DNA from: an uncultured delta proteobacterium
GTDB taxonomy: Bacteria; Myxococcota_A; Polyangia; Palsa-1104
NCBI GenBank assembly: GCA_963785725.1
Contig: CAWAWS010000014.1
Location: 96,001 to 160,000, forward strand
DNA length: 64,000 nucleotides
Reading direction: 5' to 3'
The position numbers and the translations under genes were made by a program. The first letter of the stretch is position 1, and the number at the start of each line of letters is the position of its first letter. This document shows, in pieces, positions 39,080-50,784 of the stretch. Under the pieces are notes generated by a model, which was given only the letters and a program-made list of their open reading frames with translations, did no database searches and was not told the DNA's origin.

Positions 39080-39979
39080 TTACGCGCCGGCGATGAGCAC
39101 GATCACGCCGGCGACCGTCGCTGCCACCGCGCCGAAGCGCGGCGCGCTCCAACGCTCCTCCTGATACAGCAGCGCAAACGGCACCGACATCAGCGGCGCC
39201 AACGATGACAGCGTCGCGCCCACCGCCAGATCCGTGTGCGTCAGCCCGTACACGAACAGCGACGAGCCGACGCACGTCTCCGCCAGCGACACCGGGATCA
39301 GCATGAGATAGGTGCCGCGCGCCGCCTTGCGATCGACGCTGGGCGGCTTCGTCAGCGCCGTGGTCACGGCCAGAATCGGCCAGGCGCACAAAAAGCGCGT
39401 CAGGTTCGCCTGCCACGGATCGAGGCCGGCGCCGCCATGCTTGGTGGCGACCGTGTTGCCCGCCCACAGCACCGACGTCAGCAGCGCCAGCAGAATGCCC
39501 TGGCGCGCCTCTTTCGCCGACGACTGCTGGTGCTCGTGCTCGTCGGCCGCTTGCGGCGCCAGCGCGATGAGCGCGATGACGCCACCGACGCACAAGACGG
39601 TCCCGCCGGCGCGCACGAGGCCGAAGCGCTCGCTGCCGAAGAACGCGCCCGCGAGCGCCGCCCACAGCGGATACGACGACGCGATCGCCAGCGCCGTCGT
39701 CACGCCCACGCGACGCGCGGCCGCGAAGAAGACGTTGTCGGCGAACGCGTACGAGCACAGCACCGACGCCGCCAGCCAAAACGCCGCGTGGCCGCCGATG
39801 CCGGCGAAGACGTGACCGCGCGTCGTCGCGATCGTGGCCAGCGCGAAGATCGGCAGCACCGTCGTCGCGCGCGTCAGATTCACGCGCGCCGATCCAATCG
39901 TGCGCGACGCCAACGCGTAGCGCGTCGAGGCGAACGCCCACAGCGCCGCCGACACCAGCGCCGCGATCGCGCCCGTCAC
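39080..39979 (-). CDS. DMT / EamA family transporter
   Basis: Two EamA-like repeats; SSYPLWAALAGAFFGSER, SLAPLMSVPFALLYQEE. Confidence 0.85.
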   Translation of the reverse strand: MTGAIAALVSAALWAFASTRYALASRTIGSARVNLTRATTVLPIFALATIATTRGHVFAGIGGHAAFWLAASVLCSYAFADNVFFAAARRVGVTTALAIASSYPLWAALAGAFFGSERFGLVRAGGTVLCVGGVIALIALAPQAADEHEHQQSSAKEARQGILLALLTSVLWAGNTVATKHGGAGLDPWQANLTRFLCAWPILAVTTALTKPPSVDRKAARGTYLMLIPVSLAETCVGSSLFVYGLTHTDLAVGATLSSLAPLMSVPFALLYQEERWSAPRFGAVAATVAGVIVLIAGA

Positions 39980-40009
39980 GACCGCCGCAACTTCGCAGGA
40001 CGACGCACG

Positions 40010-40999
40010 TTACAAGAGCGGCGCGATCTCGGCCGACTTCGGGAACACGCCGTAGATGCCGCCGGTGTGCACGAAGCAGATGCGCTCGCCGAAGATCTTG
40101 GGATCGCGCGCCAGCTCCGCCTGCAGGCCGTGAAACGCCTTGCCCGTGTACACCGGATCGAGGATGAGGCCGCTCAGCCGCGCCACATCGCGCAGCGTCG
40201 CCAGCTCCTCCGGTCGCGACTTGGCGTAGCCGATGCCGACGTGGCCATCGCAAATCTCGATCTCGTCGCGATCGAACGTCAGCGGCAGCGACCACTGCGC
40301 GATCGCCTGCTCGACGATCTCGCCGATGGCCGCCACGAAGTAGGCCTTGTCGTCGCAGACGTTGATGCCGACGGCGCGCCACGGCAGCTCGAGCAGCTTG
40401 ATGCCGAGGATGATCCCGGCGCCGGTGCCGCCCGATCCGGCGGCATAGACGATCGTGAGCGGCTGGTCGCCCAGCTGCTCGGCGAGCTCCTCGACGCAGC
40501 CGACGTAACCCCACGCGCCGAGCGCGTTCGAGCCGCCTTCGGGGATGATGTAGGCCTTGCGCGCTTGCGCCAACAGCTGACCTTGCGCTTCGACGAACAG
40601 CTGCGCCCGCCGCTTGTACTCCTCGCGGCTCACCCAGCGAATATCGGCGCCGACGAGCTGATCGAGCAAGATGTTGGCCTCGCTCGCCGGCGGATTCTTC
40701 GGATCGTCGGTGCGCAGCAGCAGATGCGCGCGCAAGCCGAGCTCGGCGGCCGCGATCGCCGTCGCGCGGCAGTGGTTCGACTGCTCGCCGCCGCAGGTGA
40801 TGACCGTGTCCGCGCCCTGCGCCAGCGCCTCGGCGAGCAGGAACTCGAGCTTGCGGATCTTGTTGCCGCTCAGCGTCGAGCCGGTCAGATCGTCGCGCTT
40901 GACCACGAGCTCGACGCCCAGCTTCTGCGCCAGCCGCGGCGCCGGCTCGACCGGCGTCGGCAAGCGCGCGCGACGCACACGTTCGGGATACGCAATCAT
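40010..40999 (-). CDS. D-cysteine desulfhydrase / ACC deaminase family PLP enzyme
   Basis: PTP, KRDDLTG, GNKIRKLEF, QSNH, GSGGT, DPVYTGKA, HTGG. Confidence 0.92.
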   Translation of the reverse strand: MIAYPERVRRARLPTPVEPAPRLAQKLGVELVVKRDDLTGSTLSGNKIRKLEFLLAEALAQGADTVITCGGEQSNHCRATAIAAAELGLRAHLLLRTDDPKNPPASEANILLDQLVGADIRWVSREEYKRRAQLFVEAQGQLLAQARKAYIIPEGGSNALGAWGYVGCVEELAEQLGDQPLTIVYAAGSGGTGAGIILGIKLLELPWRAVGINVCDDKAYFVAAIGEIVEQAIAQWSLPLTFDRDEIEICDGHVGIGYAKSRPEELATLRDVARLSGLILDPVYTGKAFHGLQAELARDPKIFGERICFVHTGGIYGVFPKSAEIAPLL

Positions 41000-41002
41000 C
41001 GT

Positions 41003-41653
41003 CTAATCCGCCTGCACGAACGGGTTATGGCGCGCTTCGTCGCCGATCGTCGTCTTGGGGCCATGCCCGCAGATGACCGCCGTATCCGGATCGAGCGTGT
41101 ACAGCCGCTCCTTGATCGACCGCTCGATGGTCGCGTAATCGCCGCCGGGCAAGTCGGTGCGGCCGATCGACCGCTGAAACAGCGTGTCGCCCGCCAGCAG
41201 CAGCGGACCTTCGCTCGACTCGACGGCAAAGCAGCAGCTGCCCGGCGTGTGCCCCGGCGTGTGAATGACCTGCGCGTTGGACTTGCCGTAGGCCAGCGTC
41301 TCGCCGTCTTTGAGCCAATGCTCGACGGGCGTCGACTGCCGCGGCCGCCAACCGAACATGCCCGCCTGCTGCGCAAACGCGTCGTACAGGAACTGGTCGC
41401 CTTGGTGCAGCGCCACCGTCCCGCCCGCGGCCTCTTTGACGTCGCGCGTCTCGTAGATGTGATCGAGATGCGCGTGCGTGTGGATGATCCACTTCACCGT
41501 CAAATCGTAGTGCCGCACGACCTCCAGGATGCGCGCGTGGTCGCCGCCGGGGTCGACGACGATCGCCTCCTTCGTGTCACCGCAGGCGACGATGGCGCAG
41601 TTGCACTGAAAGGCGCCGACGGGAAATGTCTCGAGGAGCTGCATGCTGGTCAT
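41003..41653 (-). CDS. MBL-fold metallohydrolase (glyoxalase II / YcbL-like)
   Basis: ATG 41653; VDPGG, THAHLDH, HTPGHTPG, GDTLF, GHGP. Confidence 0.92.
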   Translation of the reverse strand: MTSMQLLETFPVGAFQCNCAIVACGDTKEAIVVDPGGDHARILEVVRHYDLTVKWIIHTHAHLDHIYETRDVKEAAGGTVALHQGDQFLYDAFAQQAGMFGWRPRQSTPVEHWLKDGETLAYGKSNAQVIHTPGHTPGSCCFAVESSEGPLLLAGDTLFQRSIGRTDLPGGDYATIERSIKERLYTLDPDTAVICGHGPKTTIGDEARHNPFVQAD

Positions 41654-42174
41654 GGTTGAGTCGCCTGAAATGATCCGCTGTCGAGGGTGATGAAGGGCTT
41701 GCCGTCCGATTCGAGCGCGACATCGGCGACGGTGCCTTTGATGACGGCGTTGGGCGCGCCGCTGACTTGGCTGAAGGTGATGTTGCCCGTGGCGAAGGTG
41801 GCCGTCGTCGGGCTGGCGCCGCCGGTGCTGGCGTCGGGCCCGATGATGAAGAACACGACCGGGCCGTTCACGGTCGACGGATAGGTCGTTCCCGCTTGCA
41901 CGTCGCCGGCGATCCACTCGATGCGAAAGCCGCGTAAGTCGTCGGGTCCGGTGGCCTGCGCGCCGACGGCCGTGACGGTGCCGAGCGTGCTCAAGCTGGG
42001 CACGACGCCGGTCGTGGCCGGTAGGTGCTGATCGATCTTATGGCCGTCGATGAAGCTACCGTGCATCTCCATGAAGTCGCTGGTGTTGTTGATGGGCACG
42101 CAGCCGAGCCCGCCCGTAGCGACCGCGACGGCGACGGTGGCCGAGCCGACGAAGCTGAGGGCGCGCGCACGCAT
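41650..42174 (-). CDS. Hypothetical lipoprotein
   Basis: Signal with GLGC lipobox; beta-rich; ATGA overlap with MBL gene. Confidence 0.65.
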   Translation of the reverse strand: MRARALSFVGSATVAVAVATGGLGCVPINNTSDFMEMHGSFIDGHKIDQHLPATTGVVPSLSTLGTVTAVGAQATGPDDLRGFRIEWIAGDVQAGTTYPSTVNGPVVFFIIGPDASTGGASPTTATFATGNITFSQVSGAPNAVIKGTVADVALESDGKPFITLDSGSFQATQP

Positions 42175-42328
42175 GCGGCGGGAATCTACGCCGGAAATGG
42201 TGCCGCGTCACGCCGGCGACGGCAAAACGGCGCGCCCAGCGCCGATGGGGCTGGATGTTGCGCAGCCGTTGCACACACGCACCCACCTATTCACCTAGCA
42301 AGCCCCTATGTCGTGATAAGAAGTGTAG

Positions 42329-43120
42329 ATGCGAGTCTGTTTCACGCTCGGGCTGTTGGTCATCGTCGCTGGGTGCGCTGGCGTCGGGGCGCCCGAGACG
42401 CAGAACGTGTCCATCGGCCTCGATCTGACGCTGCAGCCGGTCGCTTACGATCTGCTCGGCGTCGAGCCGGGTGCCGACCTGGCGATGACGCCGCAGCCGC
42501 CGAGCCACGACATGGCCAATGACAATGACGACATGGCCGTGCCGGTCGTGCCGCCCGATCTGGCGCAGACGCCGGTCGTGCCGCCTGATCTGACGGCACC
42601 GCCCGTCTTCGATCTCTCCAGCAGCAGCGGCTGTACCGGCCATCTCGTCATCAACGAGGTCAAAGTCGCCGGCACGAGCAGCGTCGACGACGAGTTCATC
42701 GAGATCTTCAACCCCTGCGCCACGTCAGTCAGCCTCGCCAACTGGACGCTCGCGCACCTCGCCGCGACCGGCACGACGCCGAACGTCATCGCCACCTTGA
42801 CCGGCAGCATCAGCGGCAACGGCTACTACTTGGTCGCCGAGACGCAGTGCGCGTGCAGCACCATCGCCGATCTCACTTACACGACCGGCACCTTGGCCGC
42901 GGCCGGCGGCGGCATCGGGCTGCGCAACGCGTCGGGCACCGTCATCGACGCCGTCGGCTACGGCACGGGCACGGCCAACGCGTACGTCGAAGGCGCGCCG
43001 GCCGCTGCGCCGGCGGCCGGTTCGTCGATCGCGCGCCATCCGAACGGTCACGACACCGACCACAACGACGCCGACTTCACCGTCGATACGACGCCGACGC
43101 CGCGCGCCGCCAATCCTTAG
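42329..43120 (+). CDS. Lamin-tail-domain (LTD) lipoprotein
   Basis: Lipobox VAGC; LVINEV...DEFIEIFNP...SLANWTL...IDAVGYG...DF...PTP. Confidence 0.85.
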   Translation: MRVCFTLGLLVIVAGCAGVGAPETQNVSIGLDLTLQPVAYDLLGVEPGADLAMTPQPPSHDMANDNDDMAVPVVPPDLAQTPVVPPDLTAPPVFDLSSSSGCTGHLVINEVKVAGTSSVDDEFIEIFNPCATSVSLANWTLAHLAATGTTPNVIATLTGSISGNGYYLVAETQCACSTIADLTYTTGTLAAAGGGIGLRNASGTVIDAVGYGTGTANAYVEGAPAAAPAAGSSIARHPNGHDTDHNDADFTVDTTPTPRAANP

Positions 43121-43200
43121 CCCGCCGACCGGTCTGACCCTCCGCTCGTGCTCGTCTACCGCGTTTGACAGCGGGCGGCGCGACGGCCTACCGTAAAACC

Positions 43201-44022
43201 GTGCCGGGTCTGCGATTCGCGCTCGTGGTGGCTCTCGGCGCCGTCTGTTTGGCGACGCCGGCGCTGGCGCGATCGGAGTCGGCCGAAGCCGAAGTCGAGC
43301 GGCTGGCCGCCGAGGCGCTCAACGCTTACAAAGGCGCGGACTATCATCGCGCCGTCGAGCTGCTGACGCGGGCTTACGAGATCCGCCAAGTGCCGGCGCT
43401 GCTCTACAACTTGGCCAAGGCCGAGGACAAGCTGGGCGACGTCGATCGCGCGGCCGATGCCTATCGCCGCTATGTGCAGTCGACGGGCGCCGATCCGAAG
43501 CTGAAGGCGCGGGCCGAGGCGCGCCTGCTCGTGCTCGACGAGGCGCGGCGCAAGCAAGCGGAGGCGAAAGCGGCGGCCGCGGCCGCGGCCACGCCGCCGG
43601 TCGTCGTCACGCCCGCCCAAATCACCGCCGCGCCGCCATCGATCGTGACCGACGAGCAGCTGCGCCAAGAGGCGCGCGTGGCCGAGCAGCGCCGTCGCCA
43701 TCGCGATCGGCTGTTCGCGCTCGGCTTCGGCGCGGCGACGGTCGCGTTCGGCGCCGTCGCCGTCGGGCTCTCCGTCGACGCGCTGCAGCTGCGCGACGAT
43801 TACGGCGCCACCGTCGACTTCGCGCGCAAGCAGCAGCTGAAGTCGGACGCGCTCGTTCGCGCCGGCGCCGCCGATGGATTTTATGCCGCGACCGCGGCCG
43901 CCGCCGTCGTCACCGCCGTGTTCCTCTATCGCGGCTATCGTCACGAGCGCGCCGCCGCGGTCGCGGTCGCGCCGTCGCTGGCGCCGTCGGCGTTCGGCCT
44001 CGTCGCGAGCGGACGCTTTTGA
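43201..44022 (+). CDS. Secreted TPR protein with C-terminal hydrophobic segments
   Basis: GTG 43201 signal peptide; ALLYNLAKAEDKLG TPR; terminal LVASGRF. Confidence 0.75.
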   Translation: MPGLRFALVVALGAVCLATPALARSESAEAEVERLAAEALNAYKGADYHRAVELLTRAYEIRQVPALLYNLAKAEDKLGDVDRAADAYRRYVQSTGADPKLKARAEARLLVLDEARRKQAEAKAAAAAAATPPVVVTPAQITAAPPSIVTDEQLRQEARVAEQRRRHRDRLFALGFGAATVAFGAVAVGLSVDALQLRDDYGATVDFARKQQLKSDALVRAGAADGFYAATAAAAVVTAVFLYRGYRHERAAAVAVAPSLAPSAFGLVASGRF

Positions 44023-45374
44023 GAGCCGGCGCGCTCGTCCTCGCGGTCGTCGCGAGCGGCTGCTCGGCCGTGCTCGACTTCCACGAGTGCAACGTCAGCG
44101 CCGATTGCGCCGGCCGCAGCCCCGACGGCGGCGCGGCCCTCTATTGCACGAGCGATCACATGTGCGTCGACTCCACGCCGTGCGTCGTCTCGACCGCGCC
44201 GACGACGACGACGGGGCAGCCGACGCTCGTCATCGGCGGGCTCTACAAGCTGTCGGGCACCGGCGCCGACGATCATGCCGTGCGCCAGGCGGTCGACTTG
44301 GCCGCCGAGCAGCTGGCGACGGAAGATCAGCCGGTCTTGCACGTCGCCTGCGATACGGCCGGCGATCCGACGCAGGCGGCGAACGCGCTGCGCGTGGCCG
44401 TCGAAGTCTTCCACGCCGTCGCCATCGTCGGGCCGCGCACGAGCGACGAGGTCGTCAAAGGGCTGGCGCCGGTCGTGCGTCGTTATGGCGCGGTCATCGT
44501 CTCACCGTCGGCGACGAACCCGTCGATCGGTCAGCTCGACGACGACCACCTCATCTGGCGCACCTGTCCGAGCGACAACTTGCAGGCCAAGGTGTTGACG
44601 ACGCTGGTGCCGACGACGACCGGGACGACGCTCGATCTCGTCTACGTCGACATGAACACCTACGCGACCGGGCTCGAGCAGGCCTTCACGCAGCAATTTA
44701 CCGGCATGGTGACGAAGTCGATCGTCTTCGAGACCGGGATGGCGGCGATGGCGGTGTCGGAGATGGACGACCCCGAGTATGCGCTGCTCATCGCCGACAC
44801 CGACGCGCCGGCGCTCGTGGCCGCGATCGGCGCGACGCCGGGGCTGGCGACGACCAAGTTCCTCATGACCGACAGCGCGCAGGCGCCTTCGTTGTGGGGC
44901 GCGGCGCCGTACGATTACACACTGTTGTCACGCATCTCGGGCACGGCGCCGGGGCTGCCGCCCGACGGCGATCCGTCGGCGGCCGTCTATCGCAGCTTCG
45001 CGTCCGACTACATGGCGCACTGGAGCGAAGATCCGGCCGACACCGCGCACGTCGCGAACGCCTACGACGCCGCCTTCGCCATCGCGATCGCCGCCGCCGG
45101 CGTCGGCAAGCGCGCGACGGGCGCGGAGATCGCGGCCAACATGGCGCGGCTGTCGAGCGCCAACGCGCTCAGCGTCGACGTCGGGCCCATCTCGTTCAAG
45201 ACCGCCGTCAACGCGCTCCTCAGCGGCAGCAACGTCAACCTCGTCGGCGCCTCGGGACCGATCGACTTCGACGGCAACGGCGACATCATCACCGCGCCCA
45301 TCGAAGTATGGGGAATCGCGCAAGGTACCGATGGCTCGCCCACCTTCGTCAGCGAGAAGGTGACCACCCCCTGA
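44019..45374 (+). CDS. LivJ-like periplasmic binding lipoprotein with N-terminal Cys-rich domain
   Basis: Lipobox ASGC, Cys cluster, AIVGPRTS, VSPSAT, WRTCPSD, AYDA, GASGPIDFDGNGD. Confidence 0.82.
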   Translation: MRAGALVLAVVASGCSAVLDFHECNVSADCAGRSPDGGAALYCTSDHMCVDSTPCVVSTAPTTTTGQPTLVIGGLYKLSGTGADDHAVRQAVDLAAEQLATEDQPVLHVACDTAGDPTQAANALRVAVEVFHAVAIVGPRTSDEVVKGLAPVVRRYGAVIVSPSATNPSIGQLDDDHLIWRTCPSDNLQAKVLTTLVPTTTGTTLDLVYVDMNTYATGLEQAFTQQFTGMVTKSIVFETGMAAMAVSEMDDPEYALLIADTDAPALVAAIGATPGLATTKFLMTDSAQAPSLWGAAPYDYTLLSRISGTAPGLPPDGDPSAAVYRSFASDYMAHWSEDPADTAHVANAYDAAFAIAIAAAGVGKRATGAEIAANMARLSSANALSVDVGPISFKTAVNALLSGSNVNLVGASGPIDFDGNGDIITAPIEVWGIAQGTDGSPTFVSEKVTTP

Positions 45375-45390
45375 TCGGATTTCGCCGCGC

Positions 45391-47008
<1,618 letters not shown>

Positions 47009-47019
<11 letters not shown>

Positions 47020-47536
47020 ATCGACCCAGCTGCTGGTGCTCGCGGGCGCGCTCATCGCCGCCGGCGCGCTCGTCGCCGCGTGCGACAACTTCTTCTTCCT
47101 GCGCGGCACGCTGCACGGCGACTGCGATCCGCCGCGCGGCAGCAACACCGACACGACGCAGGCGCAGGTCTCCAACTGCCAGGCGCCCGCCAGCGTCTGC
47201 TGCCGCACGAACCCCAACGTGCCGCGCACCAGCTGCGAGTATCCCGAGGACTGCTACGTCGCGCCGTTCTTGGGCAAATGCTCGACGCCGGTCGACTGCA
47301 CCGAGTCGCAGTCGTGCACCAACGGCACGTGCCAATGCACCGGCGGCATCCCGTGCAGCAACCCGCTCACCAAGATCACCACCTGCTGCACGACGAGCGA
47401 AGTGTGCGATCCGGTCATGTTCTTGTGCGCGATCCCCGACGGCGGCGTCATCCTCGTCGACATGTCGCGCGGCGGCCAATCGCCGGGGCTCGATTTGAGC
47501 CTACCCACGACTGGCAGCACCGATATGGCGCAGTGA
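47009..47536 (+). CDS. Cys-rich lipoprotein
   Basis: Lipobox VAAC; dense Cys including CC pairs. Confidence 0.7.
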
Positions 47537-47615
47537 ATCCAGTTGAACGCGTATAAAATTCACGTGCTTGCGACGGTGGCACCAGCCCGTCGCATCCGTT
47601 AGACTCCCCACTCCC

Positions 47616-50297
47616 ATGCCGCGCGTCGCGATCGCCAATCCCTCGGATGGCGGCCTGATTTACTGGCTGTTCAAGCTCTACGCCTTCGCGTTCTGCGCTG
47701 GTTTGACGACGCTCGTGTTCATCGCCGGCGCGGTCTATTTGCACTTTTGTCGCGAGCTGCCGCCGCTGCCCGATCTGTCGACCTACGCCTCGACCGCGCC
47801 CGGCATGACGACGATCTACGGACAAGACGGCACGCTCCTGGCCGAGCTGTCGACCGAGCGGCGCGAGATCGTGCCGCTCGATCACGTGCCGCCGACGCTC
47901 GTCGATGCCTTCTTGTCGACCGAGGATCGCCGCTTCTTCTCGCACGGCGGCTTCGATATTCGCGGCCTCGTGCGCGCGTTGGCCGCCGATCTGCGCGCCG
48001 GCGGCGTCAAGCAGGGCGGCTCGACCATCACGCAGCAGGTGGCGAAGGCGTTCCTCTCGTCGGAGCGGACGTGGTCGCGCAAGATCAAGGAGCTCATCTT
48101 CGCGCGCCGCCTCGAGGGCCGATATTCGAAACGCGAGATATTATCGTTATATTTGAATCATATTTTCCTCGGTAATTACGCCTATGGCGTGCAGGCGGCG
48201 GCGCGGCGTTATTTCGACAAGGACGTGGCCGAGCTCGACTTGGGGCAGCAGGCGCTCATCGCCGGCTTGGCGCAGGCGCCGTCGCGCTACAACCCGTTCG
48301 TCGACGAGGAAGCGGCGCAGAAACGGCGCTCGGAAGTGCTCGACAACATGGTCGAGAACGGCGTGCTGCAGAAGGACGCGGCGGCACAATGGAAGCGAAC
48401 GCCGCTGCACATTCGCCCGCGCCCCGATTACTTCCACGAATTAACCCCATATTTTACCGAGCAGATTCGCCGCGATTTGATCAAACGCCTCGGGCAAAAG
48501 GCGCTCTACGAAGGCGGTTATCGCGTCGAGGCGACCGTGTTGCCGTACGTCGATCTGTTGGCGCAGGACAACGTCGACCACGCGGCGCGCAAGCTCGACA
48601 AGCGGCAAGGCTGGCGCGGCCCGGAAGCGCGGCTCACCGACGACAACGCGCTGGCGTTCAAGGCGCGCATGATCGAGCTCTACGGCAAAGGGCCGCTCGT
48701 CGAGGACAAGCTGTATTTGGGGCTCGTCGAGAAGGTGAGCCCGCAAGCGGCGACCGTTCGCGTCGGCGCGCACACCTATCAGCTGCCGCTCGAGAACATG
48801 CTGTGGGCGGCGCCGTTTTCGGCATCGGACGCGACCAACGACAAGCAGATCGCGGCCGTCGGCGAGGCGCTCCATCGCCACGACGTCGTGTGGGTCAAAT
48901 GGGTGTTTCACTCGACGATCCCGCGCTTCTCGGACTTTACGTACAACGAAGAGGGCGACGCGACCTGGATTCCCGAGCAGCTGGAGCCGAAGAAGCCGCC
49001 CAAGCAGCAAATTCTCGCGCTCGAGCAGACGCCGCGCGTGCAGGGCTCGATCTACGCGGTCGATCATCGCGACGGCTACGTCGTGGCGATGGCCGGCGGC
49101 GACGACTACGATCGCTCGGAGTTCAACCGCGTCACGCAGGCCTGCCGGCAGCCGGGCTCGGCGCTCAAGCCGATCTACTATTCGCTGGCGCTCGATCGCG
49201 GCTACGCCTACGACACGCAGTGGAACGACAAGCTGAAGGCGGAGGTCGATCCGTCGACGGGCGAGCTGTGGGTGCCGCAAAACGTCGACGGCAGCTACTC
49301 GGCGCAGGTCTCGCTCGAGCGCGCGCTGGTGTGGTCGAAGAATCCGCCGTCGGTCGAAATCTTCCACATCCTCGGCACCAAGGACATCGAGCGCTGGGCC
49401 AAGAAGCTCGGCATCACGACGCCGATCATCACCAACGACAAGTGCGAGAAGGAGTTCTGCTCGTCGCTGGCGTTGGGCGCGTCTTGCGTGCACATGGACG
49501 ACATGACGCGCGCCTTCGCCGTCTTCGCGCGCAACGGCAAGCCGATCGAGCCGACCTTCGTGCGCCGCGTGATCGATCGAACCGGCCGCGTCGTCGAGGA
49601 TCACGCGGCGTGGGACGATCCGTGGCTCGAAGGCGACGAGCGGCTCGATCGGCAGGCGGCGCTGATGGGCAAAGAGCCGGCGCCGGTCATCGATCCGCGC
49701 ACGGCGTGGCTGACGTCGAAGCTCCTGCGCGAGGTCGTGACGCAAGGTCACTCGGGCCCGATTCGCGCGACCAAGATCGTCGCCGCCGGCAAGACCGGCA
49801 CGTCGAGCCGCACCAGCGACGTCTGGTTCTACGGCTACACGTCGCGCTGGATGGCGACGGCCTGGCTCGGCGACGACAAATACGAGCGCCAGCTCGGCTA
49901 CAAGGACGCGTCGTTCATGCTCAGCGTGCCGATGTGGGCGCGCTTCATGTACGCGGCCGCGGGCGAGCAGCCGCTCGAGGACATCCCGTGGGAGCGGCCG
50001 GCGAAGGTCAAGGCGACCGACATCGGCGGGCCGCTGAAGAAGGATTTCCCGCCGCCGCCGCCGGCCGGATTCGACGTCACCGGCAAGCCGATCGAGCCGC
50101 CGGACAAGCTCAAAGAGCAGATCGCCAAGCAGAAGGAGTTTCCTGGCGCGTTGACGCCGGTCGGCGTGTCGCCGGTGGTCAAGTCGCCGTTCGACAAGCT
50201 GGAGAAGCCGAAGACGGTGCGCGTGATGTCGGCGACGCCGAAGGTGCCACCGTCGGGCGCGACGCAGGCGCCGCCGCCGCCAAAATCTCGCCATTAG
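47616..50297 (+). CDS. mrcA: Class A penicillin-binding protein (PBP1A)
   Basis: EDRRFFSHGG, GGSTITQQ, RKIKE, YLNHIFLG; SALK, SKN, KTG transpeptidase motifs. Confidence 0.93.
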   Translation: MPRVAIANPSDGGLIYWLFKLYAFAFCAGLTTLVFIAGAVYLHFCRELPPLPDLSTYASTAPGMTTIYGQDGTLLAELSTERREIVPLDHVPPTLVDAFLSTEDRRFFSHGGFDIRGLVRALAADLRAGGVKQGGSTITQQVAKAFLSSERTWSRKIKELIFARRLEGRYSKREILSLYLNHIFLGNYAYGVQAAARRYFDKDVAELDLGQQALIAGLAQAPSRYNPFVDEEAAQKRRSEVLDNMVENGVLQKDAAAQWKRTPLHIRPRPDYFHELTPYFTEQIRRDLIKRLGQKALYEGGYRVEATVLPYVDLLAQDNVDHAARKLDKRQGWRGPEARLTDDNALAFKARMIELYGKGPLVEDKLYLGLVEKVSPQAATVRVGAHTYQLPLENMLWAAPFSASDATNDKQIAAVGEALHRHDVVWVKWVFHSTIPRFSDFTYNEEGDATWIPEQLEPKKPPKQQILALEQTPRVQGSIYAVDHRDGYVVAMAGGDDYDRSEFNRVTQACRQPGSALKPIYYSLALDRGYAYDTQWNDKLKAEVDPSTGELWVPQNVDGSYSAQVSLERALVWSKNPPSVEIFHILGTKDIERWAKKLGITTPIITNDKCEKEFCSSLALGASCVHMDDMTRAFAVFARNGKPIEPTFVRRVIDRTGRVVEDHAAWDDPWLEGDERLDRQAALMGKEPAPVIDPRTAWLTSKLLREVVTQGHSGPIRATKIVAAGKTGTSSRTSDVWFYGYTSRWMATAWLGDDKYERQLGYKDASFMLSVPMWARFMYAAAGEQPLEDIPWERPAKVKATDIGGPLKKDFPPPPPAGFDVTGKPIEPPDKLKEQIAKQKEFPGALTPVGVSPVVKSPFDKLEKPKTVRVMSATPKVPPSGATQAPPPPKSRH

Positions 50298-50323
50298 ATC
50301 GGCGCTGTTGTATCGTCGCGACC

Positions 50324-50710
50324 GTGAAGTGGGTCGGCGCGATCCTCGTGTTTCTCGTCGCTGGTTGCGGCAGCGGCTCCAATACGCAAAAGGAGCCGAT
50401 CGGCTCGCGTTGCAACTCGAACGGCAACTGCGGCACGTCACCGTTCCAATGCGAGACCGCGGCCAACGGTTACCCCGGCGGCTATTGCGACAAGCCCTGC
50501 ACCACCGACGGTGATTGTCCGCTCGATTCGTTGTGCTTGCCCAAGCCCGCCGCCGTCTGTCGTCGTCGCTGCACCGACTCGGCCGAGTGCCGCACCGACA
50601 CCGCCGACGGCAAAGGCTACGCCTGCATCACCACCGAAGGCGCCACCGGCAGCTACTGCGACGTGCAGACGCTGACGACGCCGGTCGATCTCGGCCCCGT
50701 CGACCTGTAG
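50324..50710 (+). CDS. Cys-rich lipoprotein
   Basis: GTG 50324 MKWVGAILVFLVAGC; PGGYCDKPCTTDGDCP...CRRRC. Confidence 0.72.
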   Translation: MKWVGAILVFLVAGCGSGSNTQKEPIGSRCNSNGNCGTSPFQCETAANGYPGGYCDKPCTTDGDCPLDSLCLPKPAAVCRRRCTDSAECRTDTADGKGYACITTEGATGSYCDVQTLTTPVDLGPVDL

Positions 50711-50784
50711 CGACAGACGACAAACGCCGCGCGGCCGCAGCAACGGTCGTGGACGGCGACGCGTCATCGGGCTAAGCTTTCTCC